This document shows, in pieces, positions 41,342 to 52,117 of a DNA stretch of 64,000 nt. The stretch is taken from assembly GCA_003248755.1 (NCBI GenBank), contig QFQW01000006.1, positions 4,993 through 68,992 of the forward strand, written 5' to 3'. The DNA comes from Chryseobacterium sp. GTDB lineage: Bacteria > Bacteroidota > Bacteroidia > Flavobacteriales > Weeksellaceae. The translations under genes and the position numbers were made by a program. Within the stretch, counting starts at the first letter, position 1, and each line of letters opens with the position of its first letter. Below the pieces are notes generated by a model. The model made no database searches, was not told where the DNA came from, and saw only the letters and a program-made list of their open reading frames with translations.

Positions 41342-42673
41342 ATGAAAAAAATATCAATATTCATCGTATTATTTCTTCTGTCCACTAATATTTTCGGACA
41401 AACAGAAGAACTTAATAAGCTCTTTGATAAGTATCAGGACACAGAAGGTGTGACCTCTATCAAGATTGCAAAACCTATGTTCAAATTATTGAACAATCTC
41501 AAAATCGATAACGAAGAATTAGGTAAAATACAACCCTTGCTTGCAAAAGTTAATGGACTGAAAATGCTAATTCTGGAAAAACCAGAAATATCAAAAAATC
41601 CACTCATAGACGAGAAGAAAATCGAAAAAGAAATTGCGAATTCTCTAAAGAATATGAAATATGAGGAATTGGTGACTGTGAACAATCGTGATGCTAAAAT
41701 CAAGTTTATGGCACAGGATATTACAGCCAATGTGATGGATAATTTGATTCTTAACATTATGTCAGAAGATACTTCTGTTCTGATGATGCTGGATGGAAAA
41801 ATCTCGATGGATGACGTGAGCAGAATGATGGAAGAGAGCCAAAATGTAACTTCTATTAACCCTGCAAAAACGATTAATTCATCCACATTTAGCAACACTA
41901 GTACATCCACTCATACTATAACTGACGGTTCTGGAACAACAACCTTTACGACTACAAATGATTCTGGTGCATCTAATGTTGGAAGTGAAAGAAATGTTCC
42001 TGCTTTTAATGGGATAGAAACATCTTCAGGAGTGGATGTGGAATTCAGTCAAAGTCCAAAACAAAGTGTGGTTGTAAAAGTAGAGCCGGAAAAACAACAG
42101 TATGTCATCACAGAAGTTGAAAACGGTATTTTGAAAATATTTGTAAGAAACAAAGGCGTTAGGAACTTAAATTTCAATAGTCTTAAAGTGATTGTTTCCG
42201 GACCAAAATTATCGAAATTGATAACTAAATCAGGTTCTACATTCAAGGCGGTAACTCCAGTTAACGAAAGTACTTTTGCGGCAAGTTGTTCATCTGGGTC
42301 GCAGGTTTCGGGAAGCTTTAAAGTTTCTACAAACACAGCTTTGGATGTTTCTTCCGGCGTAAATGTGAAAATCAATCTTGAAACCAAATCTCTGGCTCTG
42401 GAAGCAAGCAGCGGAAGTTCCATCAAGTTAACAGGAAAAGCAGATTCGGGAGTTTACAGCGCAAGCAGCGGAAGTTCTATCTCAGCAGGGGATTTCGTAA
42501 CAAAATCTGCAGTTGTAGATGCGTCTTCCGGAGCAAGTGTGAAAATCAATACAACAGAGAGTTTAACAGCAAGTGCAACATCAGCAGCGTCTGTGCAATA
42601 CAAAGGAAATCCTTCTAAAGTGACAAAATCTGCCAACGAAAGGACAGGTTCAACTATTAACTCAGTAAACTAA
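41342..42673 (+). CDS. Secreted DUF4252-like N-terminal domain fused to a GIN/DUF2807-type beta-helical C-terminal domain
   Basis: LFDKYQDTEGVTSIKIAKPMFKLL (DUF4252-type start). The C-terminal half shows the VSGP.LSKL...SGS...ASSGS repeat pattern of head-GIN domains. Confidence 0.55.
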   Translation: MKKISIFIVLFLLSTNIFGQTEELNKLFDKYQDTEGVTSIKIAKPMFKLLNNLKIDNEELGKIQPLLAKVNGLKMLILEKPEISKNPLIDEKKIEKEIANSLKNMKYEELVTVNNRDAKIKFMAQDITANVMDNLILNIMSEDTSVLMMLDGKISMDDVSRMMEESQNVTSINPAKTINSSTFSNTSTSTHTITDGSGTTTFTTTNDSGASNVGSERNVPAFNGIETSSGVDVEFSQSPKQSVVVKVEPEKQQYVITEVENGILKIFVRNKGVRNLNFNSLKVIVSGPKLSKLITKSGSTFKAVTPVNESTFAASCSSGSQVSGSFKVSTNTALDVSSGVNVKINLETKSLALEASSGSSIKLTGKADSGVYSASSGSSISAGDFVTKSAVVDASSGASVKINTTESLTASATSAASVQYKGNPSKVTKSANERTGSTINSVN

Positions 42674-42679
42674 AGAATT

Positions 42680-43204
42680 ATGTTAAGATTTATATATATT
42701 ATCATTTTGACGATTGTCGGTTTTTTTCTACAGTCGTGCATGGTTTCTCAGAAAAAAGTTCACACCGATTTTTTTGATAATCCGGGATTCAAAGAAAGTT
42801 CAACTTTTGTAAGTATCAATGTTCCGACTTTCTTGGCAAAATCTTATGTGAAGCAAGCTTTGAGAGAAGACGGCGAAAGTCAGGAAGTGATAGACTTGGT
42901 AAAGAAAATCAGCGATGTAAAAGTCCTGATTGTTGAAAGTTCTACAACACCAGTCAAAGCAGAATTCCAAAAGTATCTTGACAAAAATAACTATGAAGAA
43001 TGGATGTCTGTAAAACAGCAAGGAAATCTGATAAGCCTTAATGCTAAACAAACAGACGACATCATCAAACGTATGATAATTACAGTCAGAGATGAAAATG
43101 ATGAAACGATTTTCGTAGATGTGAAAGGGAAATTCACGCCGGATGATGTTTCAAAAATCATCAATGCTACCGAAAAAAATCAAATCAAAATCAATAGAAA
43201 TTAA
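42680..43204 (+). CDS. DUF4252-like lipoprotein
   Basis: Lipobox (FFLQSC). VSINVPTFLAKSYVK...DLVKKISDVKVLIVE pattern shared with the N-terminus of the preceding protein. Confidence 0.55.
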   Translation: MLRFIYIIILTIVGFFLQSCMVSQKKVHTDFFDNPGFKESSTFVSINVPTFLAKSYVKQALREDGESQEVIDLVKKISDVKVLIVESSTTPVKAEFQKYLDKNNYEEWMSVKQQGNLISLNAKQTDDIIKRMIITVRDENDETIFVDVKGKFTPDDVSKIINATEKNQIKINRN

Positions 43205-43210
43205 TTTTTC

Positions 43211-43236
43211 AAGACCACTATTTTGTAGTGGTTTTT
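43211..43236. terminator. Hairpin terminator between convergent genes
   Basis: aagaccacta-ttttg-tagtggttttt. Confidence 0.6.
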
Positions 43237-43252
43237 ATGCTTTGGAGAATTT

Positions 43253-43708
43253 TTAAAAATGAGTTTTTGTGACTTTATCATGAGATTTCAGATAAAGCGG
43301 AAGAGCAGCAGAACCGTACCATTTATAAATTTCAACATCAAAAATTCCTGATTTTACAGAAGGGTCGGTCAAAACTAAACTTTCAGCCTCTTCTTTTGTT
43401 TTCGCATCCAGAATGAAAATTCCTGAATAATTTTTGTCATTTTTCTCAGCCATTGGTCCAGCTACAATCAGTTTCCCATCTTTTGCTAATTTGCCGATGT
43501 TGTCCATATGACCTTTCATCAATTCTGATTTCTTAGCTTTATCCGTAATTTCGGCTTTTCCTTTTTTGAGAATCACGAGATAATAAGATTTCATTCCGTA
43601 TTGGTCAGCTCCGAGAGAATCTGCTAATTTTTGGTCAAAATCCTTATTCTGAGCATTGATGAATGAAAAAAATAAGACTAATGACAGAATTGTAAATAGT
43701 GATTTCAT
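43253..43708 (-). CDS. YciI-family protein with a signal peptide
   Basis: Signal peptide. YYLVILKKG...HMDNIGKLAKDGKLIVAGP...GIFIL...A..L...DP pattern typical of YciI-like proteins. Confidence 0.65.
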   Translation of the reverse strand: MKSLFTILSLVLFFSFINAQNKDFDQKLADSLGADQYGMKSYYLVILKKGKAEITDKAKKSELMKGHMDNIGKLAKDGKLIVAGPMAEKNDKNYSGIFILDAKTKEEAESLVLTDPSVKSGIFDVEIYKWYGSAALPLYLKSHDKVTKTHF

Positions 43709-43768
43709 TTGTTTAAGTTTATTCCAAATTTAGAATAAAAAATGAAATCCTAGATTCTCATAAGACAA

Positions 43769-44974
43769 TTATCTTCGAAACCTGAAATATTCTGATAACT
43801 CGTGTTTCTTTCCTTTTAGAAAATCAGAAGTCATTTCCATTCCGATGACCGAAAATGTAATTCCATTTCCTCCAAAACCTAAAACAAAATAAGCACTTGG
43901 AAAATCCGGATGTTCACCAATGTAAGGCAATCCGTCTTTGGTTTCTCCGAAAGTTCCGGCCCAGACAAAGTCAGTTCGGAAATCGTTTTCAGGAAGGTAT
44001 TTATTGAGTTTTTTGACCAGTTTTTTTTCTTTGTCCAAAAGTAGAGAATCTCGTTTTTGAGCATCTACAAATTCCTCATCTTCACCGCCAATCAGAATTC
44101 GATTGTCATCCGTTGTTCGCATATAGATGTAAGGTTCAGCGGTATTCCAAACTAATAAATCATTCAGTTCTTTATGACTTTTCTCGTGACGTTCGCCCAC
44201 AATCGCAAATGTTGAAAGTAAGTTTACAAATTGGTCTTTGATGATTTCTGTACTTTCGAAACCGTTGCAGAAAATTACTTTTTTAGCTTTAATCTTGTTT
44301 CCGTAATCTGTTTTTGCTGTAACTCCATTTTTCTTATAATCGAATTTGATAATGTCGGTTTTATCAAAAACTTGTAATCCTTTTTTGTGGTTGTAATGCA
44401 AAATGTCGTGAGCCAGGCAAAACGCATCAATACTTCCGCCTTGTTCAGATAAGATTCCGCCAAAAGTATTATCAATTTTGAATTTCTTTCTGATTTCTTC
44501 TGAGGAAAGCCACTTCACAGGAAACTTCGCTGCTTTTCTAGCTTCGAATTCCTTTTTCAAATCATCAACATCTTTTTTGAAAGCTGCGAAATAAAGCGAT
44601 TCCTTTTTCTTAAAACCACAATCCGATTTCACTTCTTTAGCAATTTTCTGTAAGTCATCGATTGAATCATAACACGCCCGATACGATTTTTCTGCACCCT
44701 CTTTCCCAATCATTTCTGAGAGTTCAAATAGTGGAACATCAATCTCATATTGCAGCATAGAAGTTGTGGCGCTTGTGCTTCCGTTCCCGATTTCCCGACG
44801 GTCAACTAAAACAGTTTTGTAGCCATCTTTTATCATTTGATGAGCAAGAAGAGAACCGGTGATTCCGCCGCCGACAATTAATATTTCAGTTTCAATATCT
44901 TCTCGAAGTGAAGGATAAGAATGTTTCAGTCCGTCTTTGACGAGCCAGAATGGTTCGGGAGATTTTAGTTTCAT
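43769..44974 (-). CDS. FAD-dependent oxidoreductase (DAO family)
   Basis: ILIVGGGITGSLLAHQM dinucleotide-binding motif. C-terminal GFGGNGIT block. Confidence 0.8.
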   Translation of the reverse strand: MKLKSPEPFWLVKDGLKHSYPSLREDIETEILIVGGGITGSLLAHQMIKDGYKTVLVDRREIGNGSTSATTSMLQYEIDVPLFELSEMIGKEGAEKSYRACYDSIDDLQKIAKEVKSDCGFKKKESLYFAAFKKDVDDLKKEFEARKAAKFPVKWLSSEEIRKKFKIDNTFGGILSEQGGSIDAFCLAHDILHYNHKKGLQVFDKTDIIKFDYKKNGVTAKTDYGNKIKAKKVIFCNGFESTEIIKDQFVNLLSTFAIVGERHEKSHKELNDLLVWNTAEPYIYMRTTDDNRILIGGEDEEFVDAQKRDSLLLDKEKKLVKKLNKYLPENDFRTDFVWAGTFGETKDGLPYIGEHPDFPSAYFVLGFGGNGITFSVIGMEMTSDFLKGKKHELSEYFRFRR

Positions 44975-45085
44975 ATGAAGATTCAGTTATTTTAAACGTC
45001 ACATGTAATCGCAAAAACGATTTCATAGTTTCTTTTTGATTTGATTGTTGTTGCTAATCAAAAAGTAAACCGTGAATTTTTTGGA

Positions 45086-45118
45086 ATACAAAAACCTCAA
45101 AGAAAATCCTTGAGGTTT
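45086..45118 (-). terminator. Intrinsic terminator after icmF
   Basis: The minus strand reads aaacctcaa-ggattttct-ttgaggtttttgta. Confidence 0.55.
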
Positions 45119-45172
45119 AATTTATATTATACATTTAGTAGCCAATAATTGTTCGTACGGCTACGGACCGGA

Positions 45173-48100
45173 CTACATATTTCTTCTATATTTACCACCC
45201 ACTTCAAACAAAGCGTTGGTAATTTGTCCTAAAGAACAATATTTCACGGCATCCATCATCACTTCAAATAAGTTTTGTTGGTTGATTGCTGCGTGTTGCA
45301 ATGTTTTCAAAGCTTTTGCAGATTTATCTTCATTAGACTTTTGGAAATTATGAAGCATTTCGATCTGGAATTGCTTTTCTTCCTCTGTCGAACGAATCAC
45401 TTCTCCCGGACGAACTGTTGGCGAACCATCTTTTCCTAAGAAGGTATTAACTCCGATAATCGGATATTCTCCGGTATGCTTCAACCATTCGTAATGCATC
45501 GATTCTTCCTGAATTTTTGAACGTTGATACATTGTTTCCATTGCTCCAAGAACACCGCCTCTTTCTGTAATTCTGTCGAATTCTGTATAAACAGCTTCTT
45601 CAACTAAATCCGTCAATTCTTCAATAATAAATGAACCTTGAAGCGGATTTTCATTTTTCGCCAATCCTAATTCTTTGTTGATAATCAACTGGATCGCCAT
45701 TGCTCTTCTTACAGATTGCTCAGTTGGAGTCGTAATTGCCTCGTCATAAGCATTGGTGTGGAGTGAGTTACAGTTATCATAGATTGCATACAATGCCTGT
45801 AAAGTAGTTCTGATATCGTTGAAATCAATTTCCTGAGCGTGAAGCGAACGTCCCGAAGTTTGAATATGATATTTCAACATTTGGCTTCTTTCATCGGCTC
45901 CGTATTTTAACTTCATCGCTTTTGCCCAGATTCTTCTTGCAACACGTCCGATTACTGAATATTCAGGGTCGATACCGTTGGAGAAGAAGAAAGATAAGTT
46001 TGGTGCAAAATCATTGATGTCCATACCTCTCGACAAATAATATTCCACATAAGTGAAACCATTTGCCAAAGTAAACGCCAGCTGAGAAACCGGATTTGCG
46101 CCAGCTTCGGCAATGTGATAACCGGAAATCGAAACGGAGTAGAAATTTCTTACTTTTTCTTTAATGAAATATTCCTGAACGTCACCCATTAATCTTAATG
46201 CAAATTCAGTAGAAAAAATACAGGTGTTTTGAGCCTGGTCTTCTTTTAAAATATCTGCCTGAACGGTTCCACGAACAGTTGAAATGGTTTTAGCTTTGAT
46301 TTCAGCATAAATATCTGCAGGAATAATTTCGTCTCCAGTGATTCCTAATAATTTCAAACCTAAACCATTGTTGGAAGGTGGAAGTTCTCCGTTATATTTT
46401 GGTCTTGCTATACCTTTATCATCGAATTTTGATTTTAAAACTTCCTCAACTTTAGATTCCAAACCATTTTCTGTAATATATTTTTCAACATTTTGGTCGA
46501 TAGCGGCATTCATAAAGAAAGCCAACAACATCGGCGCAGGTCCATTGATGGTCATTGAAACGGATGTCAATGCATTGACCAAATCAAAACCTGAATATAA
46601 TTTTTTAGCATCATCTAAAGTCGCAATAGAAACACCTGCATTTCCGATTTTACCATAAATATCCGGTGGTAAAGCCGGATCTTGTCCATACAATGTTACC
46701 GAGTCAAAAGCTGTAGACAAACGTTTTGCAGGCATTTCCGCAGAAACATAATGAAATCTTCTGTTGGTTCTTTCAGGACCTCCTTCTCCGGCGAACATTC
46801 TCGTTGGATCTTCTCCTGTTCTTTTGAAAGGATAAATTCCCGCTGTAAAAGGGAATCCTCCTGGAAGATTTTCCTGACCTTTCCATTTGATTAAATCACC
46901 CCAATCATTATATTTTGGTAACGCAATTTTTGGAATTCTTAAATGAGATAAAGATTCTGTTGAGGTTTCAACTTTAATTTCTTTTCCTCTTACAAAATAG
47001 GAGTAAAACTCTTCGTGGAAAGCTTTTTTTGTATCATCCCAAGTTTTTAGGAAATCGATGTTTTCTTGTTGAAGTTCTTTTTCTGCTTTTTGATATTCGG
47101 TGTCTAAAGTTTCGTTAGAAATGATATTTTTAACACCATCAATATGATACATTTTTCTTGCTAATTCAGCTTGTTTTTCGATGTTAGCATCATATTGTTT
47201 GTTATTTTCAACGATTTCAGAAAGATAACGAACTCTTTTTGGTGGGATAATTGTTACTTCGTCTGTAATTTCTTGTTCAACAAATGTTTGAAATTGGAGC
47301 GCATTGTCACCCTGAGCCTGTCGAAGGGTCTCATTGACTTTAGAAACTAATCTGTTGTATAATTCTGTCGTTCCATGGTCGTTGAACTGAGATGCTTTTG
47401 TCGCATAAACCGGCATTTCATCCAATGGTTGTTCCCACAAGAAATGGTTTCTCTGGAACTGTTTCCTAACTGCTTGAAGCGCATCAAGAGCTCCTCTTTT
47501 ATCAGATTTATTTAAAGCAACCAAATCCGCATAATCCAACATATCGATTTTTTCCAACTGTGTAGAAGCTCCATATTCCGGAGTCATTACATACATTGAA
47601 ACGTCAGCGAAATCAGAAACTTCCGAACCAGATTGTCCAATACCTGAAGTTTCAAGGATGATAACATCTGGATGAGCTAATTTTAAAACATTCAAAGCAG
47701 AGTGGATGAACGGAGAAACCGAAACATTGTTTTCTCTCGTCGCCATCGAGCGCATATAAACTCGTGGGTCATTGATCGCGTTCATACGAATTCTGTCTCC
47801 CAAAAGTGCTCCTCCTGTTTTCTTTTTCGAAGGGTCAATCGAAATAATAGCAATTTTTTTATCAGGATTTGAACGTAGGAAACGTCTAACCAATTCGTCT
47901 GTCAAAGAAGATTTTCCTGCTCCACCTGTGCCTGTGATTCCGATAATCGGAATATTTAAATCTTTTGCTTTTTCGTCAATTGCTTTTACCAATTCCGGTT
48001 TTTCTTCTGAGAAGTTTTCAACAGCTGAAATGATTTTGGCAATGCTTGTAGAATTTTCAAAGCTGATAGAATCTAAATCGCTTGCTTCAACCTCTTTTCC

Positions 48101-48538
48101 AGTTGCGAAATCAGATCTTTTCACCAAATCATCAATCATTCCTTGCAGGCCAAGTTCACGACCATCGTCCGGTGAATAGATACGGTCGATTCCGTAAGCC
48201 ATGATATCTTCGATTTCTTCCGGCAGAATTACACCGCCGCCACCGCCGAAAATCTTGATTTGCGGCGAGTTTTTTTCTCTTAAAAGGTCGTAGATGTATT
48301 TAAAATATTCGTTGTGACCGCCTTGATAAGAAGTTAAAGCAATTGCGTTCGCATCTTCCTGAATGGCTGTGTTTACAACTTCCTCTGCAGATTTGTCGTG
48401 GCCAAGGTGGATGACTTCGCATCCTGTTCCCTGAATCACACGGCGCATAATATTGATGGCAGCATCATGACCGTCGAATAACGAGGCAGCGGTTACGATT
48501 CTGACCTTGTTTCTAGGAGTGTATTTTGTGGTTTCCAT
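45173..48538 (-). CDS. icmF: Fused isobutyryl-CoA mutase (B12-binding domain + MeaB-like G-protein + mutase barrel)
   Basis: N-terminal cobalamin-binding [10 protein letters not shown]...GG. G-domain [12 protein letters not shown] / ALNKSD. C-terminal methylmalonyl-CoA-mutase-family substrate barrel. The 1121-aa length fits IcmF. Confidence 0.9.
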   Translation of the reverse strand: METTKYTPRNKVRIVTAASLFDGHDAAINIMRRVIQGTGCEVIHLGHDKSAEEVVNTAIQEDANAIALTSYQGGHNEYFKYIYDLLREKNSPQIKIFGGGGGVILPEEIEDIMAYGIDRIYSPDDGRELGLQGMIDDLVKRSDFATGKEVEASDLDSISFENSTSIAKIISAVENFSEEKPELVKAIDEKAKDLNIPIIGITGTGGAGKSSLTDELVRRFLRSNPDKKIAIISIDPSKKKTGGALLGDRIRMNAINDPRVYMRSMATRENNVSVSPFIHSALNVLKLAHPDVIILETSGIGQSGSEVSDFADVSMYVMTPEYGASTQLEKIDMLDYADLVALNKSDKRGALDALQAVRKQFQRNHFLWEQPLDEMPVYATKASQFNDHGTTELYNRLVSKVNETLRQAQGDNALQFQTFVEQEITDEVTIIPPKRVRYLSEIVENNKQYDANIEKQAELARKMYHIDGVKNIISNETLDTEYQKAEKELQQENIDFLKTWDDTKKAFHEEFYSYFVRGKEIKVETSTESLSHLRIPKIALPKYNDWGDLIKWKGQENLPGGFPFTAGIYPFKRTGEDPTRMFAGEGGPERTNRRFHYVSAEMPAKRLSTAFDSVTLYGQDPALPPDIYGKIGNAGVSIATLDDAKKLYSGFDLVNALTSVSMTINGPAPMLLAFFMNAAIDQNVEKYITENGLESKVEEVLKSKFDDKGIARPKYNGELPPSNNGLGLKLLGITGDEIIPADIYAEIKAKTISTVRGTVQADILKEDQAQNTCIFSTEFALRLMGDVQEYFIKEKVRNFYSVSISGYHIAEAGANPVSQLAFTLANGFTYVEYYLSRGMDINDFAPNLSFFFSNGIDPEYSVIGRVARRIWAKAMKLKYGADERSQMLKYHIQTSGRSLHAQEIDFNDIRTTLQALYAIYDNCNSLHTNAYDEAITTPTEQSVRRAMAIQLIINKELGLAKNENPLQGSFIIEELTDLVEEAVYTEFDRITERGGVLGAMETMYQRSKIQEESMHYEWLKHTGEYPIIGVNTFLGKDGSPTVRPGEVIRSTEEEKQFQIEMLHNFQKSNEDKSAKALKTLQHAAINQQNLFEVMMDAVKYCSLGQITNALFEVGGKYRRNM

Positions 48539-48660
48539 TTCTTAATATCGATAGTTTCCAAAGATAAAATTTTTTTTGAAATGGTAAATAGAGACGAGAT
48601 TCTAGACGAAAATATGAGGTTTTTCTTTTGACAAAACTAAAATTTTATGACAAATCCCAT

Positions 48661-48733
48661 AGCCCCGATTGTAGTGGAAATCCTTTTTCTTTTTTGAAAA
48701 GAAAAAGATTGCAACGGAAAGCGGGATTAAGCT
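48661..48733 (-). repeat. REP-like ~75-bp element, copy 2 (inverted relative to 14610-14686)
   Basis: The reverse complement agcttaatcccgctttccgttgcaatctttttcttttcaaaaaagaaaaaggatttccactacaatcggggct aligns with copy 1 along its length. It sits 10 nt 3' of the LRR gene stop, in the same gene-relative orientation as copy 1. Confidence 0.6.
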
Positions 48734-48742
48734 CCTAAAAAA

Positions 48743-50377
48743 TTATTGTTTGATGAACTTGAAGTTTTTGTTCCCTTCCTGTGTTTTGATAATCAACATA
48801 TAAACACCGCTTGGAAGTTTTGAAACATCGATTTTCGATTTGGTTTCTGAAAGCATTTGTTTACCGCTGAGGTCATAGATATGAACTTTTTGGATGTCAT
48901 ATTTTGAACTTACGATGTTGAGATAATCCGAAGTTGGATTGGGATAAATATTGAAATATTTTGCAGTTTCTGCTGTTCCAAGAAACTTTACAAGAGAAAT
49001 AGGTTCCCTGAAAAGCGACAGGTCGAATAGGACATTATTCTCCAAAACAGAATAAGTGTATGCTTCGACCGTGTATGTTGCATAATCTGATTCTTCCACA
49101 CTGTTGAAGTTGAGGTCTGCTGAGGTTACACTCATTTTCTGATCCAGATTTTTGAACCAGGTGAAGGTGTAATCATTTCCGGATAGCGATTGATCCAACT
49201 TTGCGGATTGCCCAGCTACGCCCAGAACTTCTTTCTCTTCATCATAACGTTGAGGTGAATAATCGAGTTCGGTCTGTTTGTTATGATCTACGATGTAATT
49301 TGAAAGTTGATTTTTGTTGAAACGATTGTTGCTAATGTGGGTGATTTCCGGTAGCTTATCGTTGAGGTCTCCGGAAAGTTGATTACTGTTCAGATTCAAC
49401 ATCAGCAATTTTGGCATATTTAAAAATTCGGAAGGAATATCGCCTGACAACAAATTATTGTTCAAGAATAGTTGCTGAAGATTTGTAAGACCTGTTAATA
49501 GGGGAATTCCACCTGATATTTTATTTCTTCCAAGATTGAGGGTCTGAAGCTTTTGAAGCTGGGCAATCTGAGAAGGAATCTGAGTGAGCTGGTTATTTTC
49601 CAAAGACAGCCAAGTTAAATTAGTTAGGTTTGATAAACTTGAAGTGTTCTGCTCGGTTAGATTATTGCTACTCAAATTAAGACTTACCAATTGCGTTAGC
49701 TGAGCAAGTGGTGTTGGAGTCTGCGTGATCTGTGTTCCCGAAAGAGAAAGTGTAGTAAGTTTGGTGTTTCCTGCAATATTTCCAAATGCGTTGAATGGAA
49801 TTGGATTGTTATCGAGAATTAAGGTTTCCAGATTTGTAAAAGCTGTTATTTTGGATGGAACAGCTGTTAAACCTAAATCCGCAATGTTTAAAATTTTGAT
49901 ATTATTAAAACTTTGAAGCAGGCCATTTGTATCAGCAATTGAAAACTTGTTTCCTCCTAAACCAAGGTCTTCCAAATTAAACAGACCAGATAGAGAATTA
50001 GTTGGGTCTCCTGTTAACAAGTTATTACTAATGTCTAATTTTGTTAAAAAACTGAGAGACGATATTCCTAAAGCAACTTCACCGGAAATTTGGTTGTTGC
50101 TGATGTCTATTTTTGTAAGCTTTGGAAAAGAAGTAATGTATGTTGGAAAATCACCTTTTAAAGCGTTGCCGGCAAGATTTAGTTCTGTAACCGTGCCGTT
50201 TTTAACGACAACACCAAACCAGTTTCTTGGGTCTTTTTCCAAATCCCAAGTTCTGTTCCAATTTTCTCCGTTTGTGGAATTATATATATTAACGAGCGCA
50301 CTTCGCTCAGCATTGGAGATACTCCATTGTGAAAAAGCGAAATTAGAAATCAGTAAAAAGAATAAAAGTTTTTTCAA
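48743..50377 (-). CDS. Leucine-rich-repeat protein (plant-type LRR) with a T9SS C-terminal sorting domain
   Basis: About 12 tandem 24-aa LRRs (LxxLxLxxNxLSGxIPxx). N-terminal cap ERSALVNIYNSTNGENWNRTWDL...WFGVVV. C-terminal YPNPTSDYLNI...GVYMLIIKT...FKFIKQ. Confidence 0.8.
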   Translation of the reverse strand: MKKLLFFLLISNFAFSQWSISNAERSALVNIYNSTNGENWNRTWDLEKDPRNWFGVVVKNGTVTELNLAGNALKGDFPTYITSFPKLTKIDISNNQISGEVALGISSLSFLTKLDISNNLLTGDPTNSLSGLFNLEDLGLGGNKFSIADTNGLLQSFNNIKILNIADLGLTAVPSKITAFTNLETLILDNNPIPFNAFGNIAGNTKLTTLSLSGTQITQTPTPLAQLTQLVSLNLSSNNLTEQNTSSLSNLTNLTWLSLENNQLTQIPSQIAQLQKLQTLNLGRNKISGGIPLLTGLTNLQQLFLNNNLLSGDIPSEFLNMPKLLMLNLNSNQLSGDLNDKLPEITHISNNRFNKNQLSNYIVDHNKQTELDYSPQRYDEEKEVLGVAGQSAKLDQSLSGNDYTFTWFKNLDQKMSVTSADLNFNSVEESDYATYTVEAYTYSVLENNVLFDLSLFREPISLVKFLGTAETAKYFNIYPNPTSDYLNIVSSKYDIQKVHIYDLSGKQMLSETKSKIDVSKLPSGVYMLIIKTQEGNKNFKFIKQ

Positions 50378-50476
50378 ATCTGTGTAAAATTAAAACACAA
50401 ATATAGTAGATAATTGAATTGGTTAATCTTATTTTAATAAAATTAATGATTATTTTCGCTTTGCAATTGGACATCT

Positions 50477-52072
50477 ATGCAGAGATATTTACTTTATTAC
50501 CTTGTTATTTTTACGATAGTTACAGGATTTTACTTCATTTATTCATATTATCAGCTATCTGGGAATCAGTTTATATATCCGATTGATGATGCCTATATAC
50601 ATTTATCGATTGCAAAAAATTTTGGAGAATCTGGCTTTTGGTCGGTTAATACTGGTAGTTTTGATAGTGGTTCTTCTTCCATTCTTTACACCTTATTATT
50701 AGGATCGTTAATAAAAATTCTTGGTGACAGTATTTACTATCCAATGTTGCTGAATATCGTAGCGGGTTATATTACGGTCTATTGGATTTATAGATTTTTC
50801 AAAGATTTTTATACTGAACAAGAACTCAAACTAGGATTACTGCTTTTTTTACCTACAACTTTACTGTATTATATGGTGATTCTGGGAATGGAGCAGACTA
50901 TTCATATGATGTTGTCGGTGATTGCTGTTTATTTTATCAAGAAGAATTTCGACACCAATTTTGAAAAGTCTGATTTTATCAAATTATTACTAACGATTCT
51001 CTTCCTGGGGATGATCCGTTTCGAAAGTATGTTTTTTGTTTTTTGCTTAGTATTAATATTGTTGCAGGATAAGAAAGTCAGGGAAGCATTTTTTATTTTT
51101 CTGATGGGATTTTTACCAATTGTAGTTTTTGGAATAATATCAATTAATAAGGGTGGCTTTTTCTTTCCCAATTCTGTTATTATAAAAGGAAGCTATCCCG
51201 AAGGCAATATATTTTTGAGTATCTGGAGGATATTTGAAAAAGGAATTCTGTTCAATGTCTCTTTTTATAAATTATTTCTTTTTCCGATTATTTGCATTGT
51301 CATTTTTTTGTTTGATTCTAACAAAAGACAAGGTTTTAAATCATCATTCAGAAATAATCTAATTCTATTGCTTGTTTTTGGAACGATACTATTACAAAGT
51401 CTTTTTGCTGTTATCAAATTTCGATATGAAAATTATCTGATGATAATGCTGCTTTTGGTTTTGGTTCCCATTGCCGTAGATTATTTAAGGCGACTTAAAT
51501 CAAATAAGAAAAGTATTAATAATATATTATTTGTATACTCATTTGTTGGTTTTTGTTTGATAGGAGTTTACAGATTTGCGTTTGCTCATCCTGTTTTGAA
51601 AAATTCTTCTAAAAATATAGAAGAGCAACAAGTGGAAATGGGGAAGTTTCTAAATCAGTTTTATAAAGGACAAAAAGTGGTAGCCAATGATATTGGAGCA
51701 ATTGCTTATTTTGGGAATGTCCAATTATTGGATATTGTAGGTTTGGGGTCTACAGATGTTGCCCAATTTTATATTAAAAATAAAGGATTAACAGATAATG
51801 ATTTTAATAGAAGATACCATGATTTTTTATCTGATTATATCTCTAAAAATAATTATAAAGTCGCTGTAATTTATCCCAAATGGTTTCCGGATAATGTTCC
51901 AAAAGATTGGATTCCGGTAGCTTCTTGGAAAATTAAAAATAATCTTGGAACAGCTCAGAATAGAGTTGTCTGGTATTCTTTTAATAAAAAGGATGCAGAA
52001 GTTTTAAAAGGGAATTTGCAACAATTCCGTTTGAATAAAAATGTTACTCAATATTACTACATTTACAAATAA
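50477..52072 (+). CDS. Polytopic membrane protein (possibly an ArnT/PMT-like glycosyltransferase)
   Basis: About 10-12 predicted TM helices in the first 370 aa, with an early PIDDAYIH acidic-loop motif. Soluble C-terminal domain. The functional call is weak. Confidence 0.45.
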   Translation: MQRYLLYYLVIFTIVTGFYFIYSYYQLSGNQFIYPIDDAYIHLSIAKNFGESGFWSVNTGSFDSGSSSILYTLLLGSLIKILGDSIYYPMLLNIVAGYITVYWIYRFFKDFYTEQELKLGLLLFLPTTLLYYMVILGMEQTIHMMLSVIAVYFIKKNFDTNFEKSDFIKLLLTILFLGMIRFESMFFVFCLVLILLQDKKVREAFFIFLMGFLPIVVFGIISINKGGFFFPNSVIIKGSYPEGNIFLSIWRIFEKGILFNVSFYKLFLFPIICIVIFLFDSNKRQGFKSSFRNNLILLLVFGTILLQSLFAVIKFRYENYLMIMLLLVLVPIAVDYLRRLKSNKKSINNILFVYSFVGFCLIGVYRFAFAHPVLKNSSKNIEEQQVEMGKFLNQFYKGQKVVANDIGAIAYFGNVQLLDIVGLGSTDVAQFYIKNKGLTDNDFNRRYHDFLSDYISKNNYKVAVIYPKWFPDNVPKDWIPVASWKIKNNLGTAQNRVVWYSFNKKDAEVLKGNLQQFRLNKNVTQYYYIYK

Positions 52073-52074
52073 AA

Positions 52075-52106
52075 AATTCCAGCCTCTAAAAGCTGGAATT
52101 CTATTT
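52075..52106. terminator. Bidirectional intrinsic terminator
   Basis: aattccagc-ctctaaaa-gctggaatt flanked by A and T runs, between convergent genes. Confidence 0.65.
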
Positions 52107-52117
52107 TGAATAAAAAT

